A DNA stretch of 62,610 nt, filler included, from Candidatus Woesearchaeota archaeon (GTDB taxonomy: Archaea > Nanobdellota > Nanobdellia > Woesearchaeales > WJIZ01): the NCBI GenBank assembly GCA_018221205.1. It is 7 parts of 7 records of this genome, joined end to end, with 100 filler letters (N's around TTAATTAATTAA, not from the genome) between each part and the next. Parts side by side here need not be neighbours in the genome. Positions count along the whole stretch, not along the records: positions 40,081 to 62,610 come from JAAOYF010000020.1; 6 more parts are not named here. One strand, given 5' to 3'. Under the pieces are notes generated by a model. The model saw only the letters and a list, made by a program, of their open reading frames with translations, was not told the DNA's origin and made no database searches. Of this stretch, positions 57,767 to 62,610 are shown piece after piece (within the stretch, counting starts at the first letter, position 1; every line of letters begins with the position of its first letter). Made by a program: the position numbers and the translations under genes.

Positions 57767-58501
57767 ATGGAACAAGTCAAAAAAACGGTAAAAAAAAGAA
57801 AAAAGAAAAATTTGTTGTCAAAACCACTCATAACCTTAGTGGTGGCTGTTGCTATTCTTATGCTGTTTAATCAGCTGCAGATAAATTCAGTTACAGCTAT
57901 GATGAGTTCTATGGGGGGATCTACAAGTAACTCAATCCGTCTAGGATTAAAAAACCTGGATGATATTAATGTGGTGGAACTAAAATCAACAGCACATACC
58001 ATAGCAGCAGTCTTTCCTGTGGAAAATATACAAACTGCTGAGGATGCTATGGCAATGTTATTTCCAACAGGTACTCCAGATTACGGAGCAGAGCTCGGAG
58101 TCAGTTTTGATACCCCTATAGAGTCTCTAGCAACACTTGCGAAAATGTATCGAGGACTAAAAGCAGAAGTTCAAGAGAACAATCCAGAAGGTTGGCAGCG
58201 GTTTATGAACCTAGCTTCAAAACCAGTTGGTATTTCCTGCGAGTATTGTTGTGGTCTGCAGGCTATTGGTATAGATAAGAACGGGAATTCTGCATGCGGC
58301 TGCCAACATAATCCAGCCTTGCTCACTACTGCCCTTTATCTCTCTGCTTACACTGATTACACTGATGGAGAAATTTTGCAGGAAGTAATGAAATGGAAAA
58401 CGCTATTCTTCCCAAAGGATATGATAGAATTGGGGACAAGTCTTGCTGGTGGAGACACATCAGCATTAAAGGATCTACCTGGTATGGTAGGTGGATGTTA
58501 G
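57767..58501 (+). CDS. Membrane-anchored Cys-rich protein with C-terminal MVGGC
   Basis: GISCEYCCG, ACGCQH, KWKTLFFP, LPGMVGGC*. Confidence 0.85.
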   Translation: MEQVKKTVKKRKKKNLLSKPLITLVVAVAILMLFNQLQINSVTAMMSSMGGSTSNSIRLGLKNLDDINVVELKSTAHTIAAVFPVENIQTAEDAMAMLFPTGTPDYGAELGVSFDTPIESLATLAKMYRGLKAEVQENNPEGWQRFMNLASKPVGISCEYCCGLQAIGIDKNGNSACGCQHNPALLTTALYLSAYTDYTDGEILQEVMKWKTLFFPKDMIELGTSLAGGDTSALKDLPGMVGGC

Positions 58502-58511
58502 GAGGTATAAA

Positions 58512-58736
58512 ATGAAGCAAACAACAATTGTGGCTTTTGTGCTTGGAATTCTGTTACTGATCTCAGTTGCCCAAGCATTTCAGCTAAACGGATTGAAAGA
58601 AACAATTAGTGAGGGGCAACTGAGCGTAGGATCTGCAAGCAAATCCGCCCAAGTAGCTACGGGAGGAAGTGGAAAGTCAGCAGGTGCTTTACCCAGCAGC
58701 ATAAAGAATTTACCAAAGATGGTCGGAGGGTGTTAA
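58512..58736 (+). CDS. Small single-TM protein with C-terminal MVGGC
   Basis: GGAGG RBS; TM, Gly/Ser linker, LPKMVGGC*. Confidence 0.85.
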   Translation: MKQTTIVAFVLGILLLISVAQAFQLNGLKETISEGQLSVGSASKSAQVATGGSGKSAGALPSSIKNLPKMVGGC

Positions 58737-58822
58737 CCTCCAATCATTATTTTTTATTTCCAACAACACATAAGTGACTGTACAATCTAACACTCATACT
58801 CCTGACTAAAAAGGTGGTTCAA

Positions 58823-59947
58823 ATGAAGAAAAAAAGTAATGCTAAAAAGAAATTTACGACACTTTACCTTTTGCTAGGTATAGCACTAATAGTAATCGCC
58901 CTTCTCAATGTATTTCAGACCTCCTCATTCAGCAAGATATTGCAGGGGAAACTTGAAGAAGCAAAAGAAGCTGCACGACCCGCAAAATTGGAACTTGTTG
59001 CTATAGTTGATTCTCGATGTGAAGGATGTATGGATATGAAACCCCTTATAGATTCAATCAAGAATGCAAATGTAGAACTGCAAAGGGAAGATTCGTTGGA
59101 ATACTCCTCAAACGATGCTAAAGAACTTATCCGAGAATATTCCCTGGACAAAGCCCCAGCATTATTGCTATTTGGAGAAATTGATAGAGTAGCAATTGTG
59201 GACATGGAGAAAAAAGACGATGCATTGGTATTTATGCCAGAAAATCCTCCCTATACAGATACTGCAACAAAACAAATTAGAGGAAGAGTTTCTGCTCAGA
59301 TTATTGAGGATTCTTCATGTACACAATGTTCAGATATTTCAAGCACAATACAGGCTCTGCAACAATCAGGAATTTTCATTGCCTCAGAAGTCATAGTAGA
59401 GAGAAGCAACATAAAAGGACAGCAACTCATTGAGAAATACGGCATCGAAATTTTGCCTACAGTAGTTCTCTCTAACGACATGGGTGTATATGAATCTGAT
59501 ATTGTGAAAAAATGGCCACTTGTCGGCAAAATAGCTAAAGATGGGAGCTATATCCTGACGCGTGTCAATCCCCCTTTCTTGAATATATCAAATAATGCCA
59601 TAACGGGCCTGGTTTCACTAACAATACTCTCCGATATCGAGTGCGATCAGTGTTTTGATGCCGGTTTGTTCAATAAACCCATATTAGAGCGCCTCGGTGT
59701 TGTCTTAGGAGAAGAGCAGACTATAGATATTTCAAGCAGTGAAGGTAAGTCGCTTATTTCAGCTTACAATATAGAGAAAGTACCCACGATAATCCTTACC
59801 GGAGATGTAAATGAGTATCCAGTGTTAATGAATGCGTGGAAGGAAGTTGGCACTGAGGAATCAGACGGAACGTTTGTATTCAGAAATGTTGAGATAGGTC
59901 GTCAGCCATACAGAAATCTAGACACTAACGAGATTATTGAGCCATGA
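58823..59947 (+). CDS. Anchored protein with three thioredoxin-like CxxC repeats
   Basis: CEGC, CTQC and CDQC, each followed by an LI..Y.(L/I)...P cis-Pro-like motif. Confidence 0.8.
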   Translation: MKKKSNAKKKFTTLYLLLGIALIVIALLNVFQTSSFSKILQGKLEEAKEAARPAKLELVAIVDSRCEGCMDMKPLIDSIKNANVELQREDSLEYSSNDAKELIREYSLDKAPALLLFGEIDRVAIVDMEKKDDALVFMPENPPYTDTATKQIRGRVSAQIIEDSSCTQCSDISSTIQALQQSGIFIASEVIVERSNIKGQQLIEKYGIEILPTVVLSNDMGVYESDIVKKWPLVGKIAKDGSYILTRVNPPFLNISNNAITGLVSLTILSDIECDQCFDAGLFNKPILERLGVVLGEEQTIDISSSEGKSLISAYNIEKVPTIILTGDVNEYPVLMNAWKEVGTEESDGTFVFRNVEIGRQPYRNLDTNEIIEP

Positions 59948-60954
59948 GGTGTAATAAAGGAAAGGGAAAGTACATCAATAATCGGGGAAAAGTATTTCTG
60001 CTTTTTTCTCTGTTTATCTTGATTGTGCTTACTGTAGGTGTAGTAGCCGAGTCTCACCTACCACTAAACCTGCAAAAAATTAATGATTACAACAAAAAGA
60101 GCACCATAGAATTTTCTGTACAAATTTCTTTTTTTATAGCATTTTTAGCAGGTATATTAGCAATACTTTCTCCGTGTATTCTTCCTTTGGTACCAGCATA
60201 TTTTTCTTACACTTTTAAAGAGAAGAAGAACATAACTATGATGACTTTTGTATTTTTTCTTGGTTTTTCATCAGCTTTTATAGCCATGGGGATCATCGCA
60301 GGATTTATTGGAGCTCAGGTTTTAAGCGTTGTTCAGAAAGGCTGGTTAATATCCATAGCAGGGATAGTTATTGTGGGCTTAGGAATTATGACGCTTATGG
60401 GTAAAGGATTCTCCTCGTTCATCAGGATTAAACACAAAACCAGAAATGATGCCCCAGGGACTTTTCTTCTTGGAGTATTTTTTGCAATCGGGTGGACAGC
60501 TTGCTTAGGCCCTATACTGGCTGGCATATTGGGAATAGGTGCTGTACTGGGTAATGTTTTGTATTCAGGATTGTTGCTCTTCTTTTACTCTCTTGGAAAC
60601 CTTGTTCCATTGTTCATTCTATCCATTTTTTATGACAAATTCAATCTTTCAGATAGCAAGTTCATTAAAGGAAAAATGTTTGATTTTGCTGTGGCAGGGA
60701 AAAAGTTCTCTGTTCATTCTACAAACCTGATTTCAGGATTATTGTTCATATTGGTTGGAAGCGTGATGTTTATCTTCCAAGGCACTGGAATTGTCAATAC
60801 CTGGGATATCTTTGGCACTAAACAATATTTTTATTCAGTCCAAAATGCACTGATGCAGTGGGAATATGCCTCTCTCTTCGGGGTTCTTATCTTTATGTTT
60901 TTTTTACTCTTCATTGGCAGAGTAGTATGGACATCATGGAAACGTAAAAGCTAA
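59944..60954 (+). CDS. CcdA-family disulfide-interchange membrane protein
   Basis: AFLAG...LSPCILPLVPAY and GWTACLGPIL. Confidence 0.9.
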   Translation: MRCNKGKGKYINNRGKVFLLFSLFILIVLTVGVVAESHLPLNLQKINDYNKKSTIEFSVQISFFIAFLAGILAILSPCILPLVPAYFSYTFKEKKNITMMTFVFFLGFSSAFIAMGIIAGFIGAQVLSVVQKGWLISIAGIVIVGLGIMTLMGKGFSSFIRIKHKTRNDAPGTFLLGVFFAIGWTACLGPILAGILGIGAVLGNVLYSGLLLFFYSLGNLVPLFILSIFYDKFNLSDSKFIKGKMFDFAVAGKKFSVHSTNLISGLLFILVGSVMFIFQGTGIVNTWDIFGTKQYFYSVQNALMQWEYASLFGVLIFMFFLLFIGRVVWTSWKRKS

Positions 60955-60961
60955 CAGACAA

Positions 60962-61621
60962 ATGAACAAAGAAACCGAAATTACGAGAAAGAGATATGAC
61001 AGATATTCTTTTTTTTATAATTTTCTAGAGCGTCCATTTGAATTGCTGCTCTTCCGAAAATGGCGCAGAAAAATACTGCCTCCTTTAAGAGGAAGGATAC
61101 TCGAGGTTGGTGTTGGCACAGGGAAAAATCTTCAGTATTATGTAAATCCTGTACGTATTACCGGTATTGATCTTAGTAAAAGAATGCTACGGAAAGCTAA
61201 GGGGATAGCAAACAGATTTGCTTTAAAGGATAATCTGTTGCAAATGGATGCCCAGAAAATGAGCTTTAAGGATAACAGCTTCGATACAGTGCTTTGTACG
61301 TTTGTGCTATGTTCAGTTCCGGATCCGATAAAAGCATTGAAGGAAATGAAAAGGGTATGCAAGCCTAAAGGAAAGATTGTGATGATAGAACACGTATTAA
61401 GTAAGAATATTCTTATCAAAATATATCAGCACCTTCATAATCCTTTTACAAGGTTTATTTTCGGATTTAATGTTAATAGAGATACAATCTCGAATATACA
61501 GAGATCGGGCCTTACCATTCTCCACGAGGAGAATCTCACATCCAATGATATCTTCAAGTATGTTATCTGTAAACTACAAAGATCAAAACAAGGCATCACA
61601 CGAAAAAATGACCATAAATAG
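60962..61621 (+). CDS. Class I SAM-dependent methyltransferase
   Basis: LEVGVGTG, GIDLS, MDAQ, FVLCSVPDP. Confidence 0.9.
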   Translation: MNKETEITRKRYDRYSFFYNFLERPFELLLFRKWRRKILPPLRGRILEVGVGTGKNLQYYVNPVRITGIDLSKRMLRKAKGIANRFALKDNLLQMDAQKMSFKDNSFDTVLCTFVLCSVPDPIKALKEMKRVCKPKGKIVMIEHVLSKNILIKIYQHLHNPFTRFIFGFNVNRDTISNIQRSGLTILHEENLTSNDIFKYVICKLQRSKQGITRKNDHK

Positions 61622-62375
61622 CACATTTCAAACAATGGTAAAGAAATGGGATAAACTCCTTTTAATTATCGGAATTGATGCCCTCTTCTTTGTATCCGTG
61701 TGGGTGATTACGTCTCTTATCTCCCGCTTTAATAGCTCCCTGTATTCATCTATCCTACTGTTTAATGGGGCAATCCAGAATATTATATCCTTCCTTCTTT
61801 TATTGTTTGAAATAGGGCTTCTAATTCTAATCTATGCATTTTTCAAGTATATTGTTGTGGACATTGTGCAAAGCATGTTTACAAAAAAGAGATATACTGT
61901 AAAGAGGTTCATTAGATTTTTTATCATCACTCTTGTTATGTTATTATCAACTGGAGCAGTCATTTCCCTCTTTGTCTTCCTGACTTCTGTCTACTTTGAG
62001 AGGCTCATACCAACGGCAACAGATGCACCATTCAAAACGATATTTCAATTTATTGTGTCAATTGCCGTAGCAGCGGGAATTGCTATTTATGTATATTTGA
62101 CAATCAATATTGCCCAGTTCCTCTCCTTAAAGGAAACAAGCGTGAAGAAGATACTCCGGCTATCTTGGATTATGCCGCTTAGAAGCTGGAGCTTATACTG
62201 GCTGAATATCCAGTTGGTTTTTTGTGGGGCACTGGTTGTAGGCATTGGTGGCTTAGCCCTTATTCTTCTTCAATTATCCTATATTCGAATCTTTTCTCTT
62301 TCAATCGCTATTTTAGTAGCATATGTGATAGTATTGTTCAATCGAATTAAGTTATATGAGCTTTATAGTAAATAG
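61608..62375 (+). CDS. Hypothetical multi-pass membrane protein
   Basis: ~6 TMs; ATG 61608 preferred over the track's upstream start. Confidence 0.75.
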   Translation: MTINSTFQTMVKKWDKLLLIIGIDALFFVSVWVITSLISRFNSSLYSSILLFNGAIQNIISFLLLLFEIGLLILIYAFFKYIVVDIVQSMFTKKRYTVKRFIRFFIITLVMLLSTGAVISLFVFLTSVYFERLIPTATDAPFKTIFQFIVSIAVAAGIAIYVYLTINIAQFLSLKETSVKKILRLSWIMPLRSWSLYWLNIQLVFCGALVVGIGGLALILLQLSYIRIFSLSIAILVAYVIVLFNRIKLYELYSK

Positions 62376-62379
62376 AAGT

Positions 62380-62528
62380 TCATTTCTGGTGAGCGTGTCT
62401 TTTTCTATCCATACTAAAATGATCTGGCCCCTGAAAATAAATAGAGAAAGTAGCTACCATAAGTCCAAAATCTCTTACTGCAGTATCATTATAACCGAGG
62501 ATAAACATGATCCCAGCAAGGTGTAGTG
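62380..62528 (-). pseudogene. 3' fragment of a DoxX-like membrane protein cut by IS copy 5
   Basis: LHLAGIMFILGYNDTAVRDFGLMVATFSIYFQGPDHFSMDRKRHAHQK* begins exactly at the IS junction. Confidence 0.65.
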
Positions 62529-62610
62529 ATGACCTCCTCCCCGACTTGAAAGTCGGGGTATCCGCTTAAGCTTCTGCGTGGTGTTGTTCTTGATTTACTA
62601 TGTACTTGAA
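62529..62610 (-). mobile_element. IS200/IS605-family element end, copy 5
   Basis: Identical sequence; the extra base gives FKYIVNQEQHHAEA*. Confidence 0.85.

Noticed and set aside
54300..60954. Cytochrome c maturation operon
   Set aside because: CcdA-like and CcmH-reminiscent Cys domains are present, but no heme lyase (WWD motif), CcmE or CxxCH substrate is seen in the window
1..62610. CRISPR array or cas genes
   Set aside because: No regularly spaced short repeats; the repeated 81-mer is dispersed and IS-derived; no cas-like ORFs recognised

Overview
This window is seven unrelated contigs joined by 100-nt N/TTAATTAATTAA linkers, so it is not one continuous locus. It comes from a small-genome archaeon, probably a DPANN Woesearchaeota-like MAG. 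The archaeal call rests on EF-1a/EF-2, eL24, eS28, L7Ae, intron-containing tRNAs, TATA promoters and class III signal-peptide proteins; the finer taxonomy is inference. Housekeeping genes include adk, truD, pyrF, rps10-tuf-fusA, ndk, gltX, ahcY and yggS. Five contig ends carry an identical 80-81-nt end of an IS200-type (Y1 TnpA) element, and three of these copies appear to cut host genes. The last contig (40081-62610) is a ~22 kb heavy-metal/thiol-redox island with CopA, CDFs, ArsR, DsbA-like and NicO/UreH-like genes. It also holds an uncharacterised operon of three DUF1573-like proteins, two CcdA-like proteins, a triple-CxxC protein and a duplicated Cys-rich gene pair whose complete members end in a conserved C-terminal MVGGC tail; this is the best candidate for an undescribed system. 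Other highlights are a two-intron tRNA-Thr with a non-canonical 30/31 intron, a tandem double K-turn in the L7Ae leader, an outer-membrane-type beta-barrel-like protein, an M23 peptidase, two adjacent genes each broken by one in-frame stop, and several small Cys-rich or acidic ORFs missed by the ORF track.
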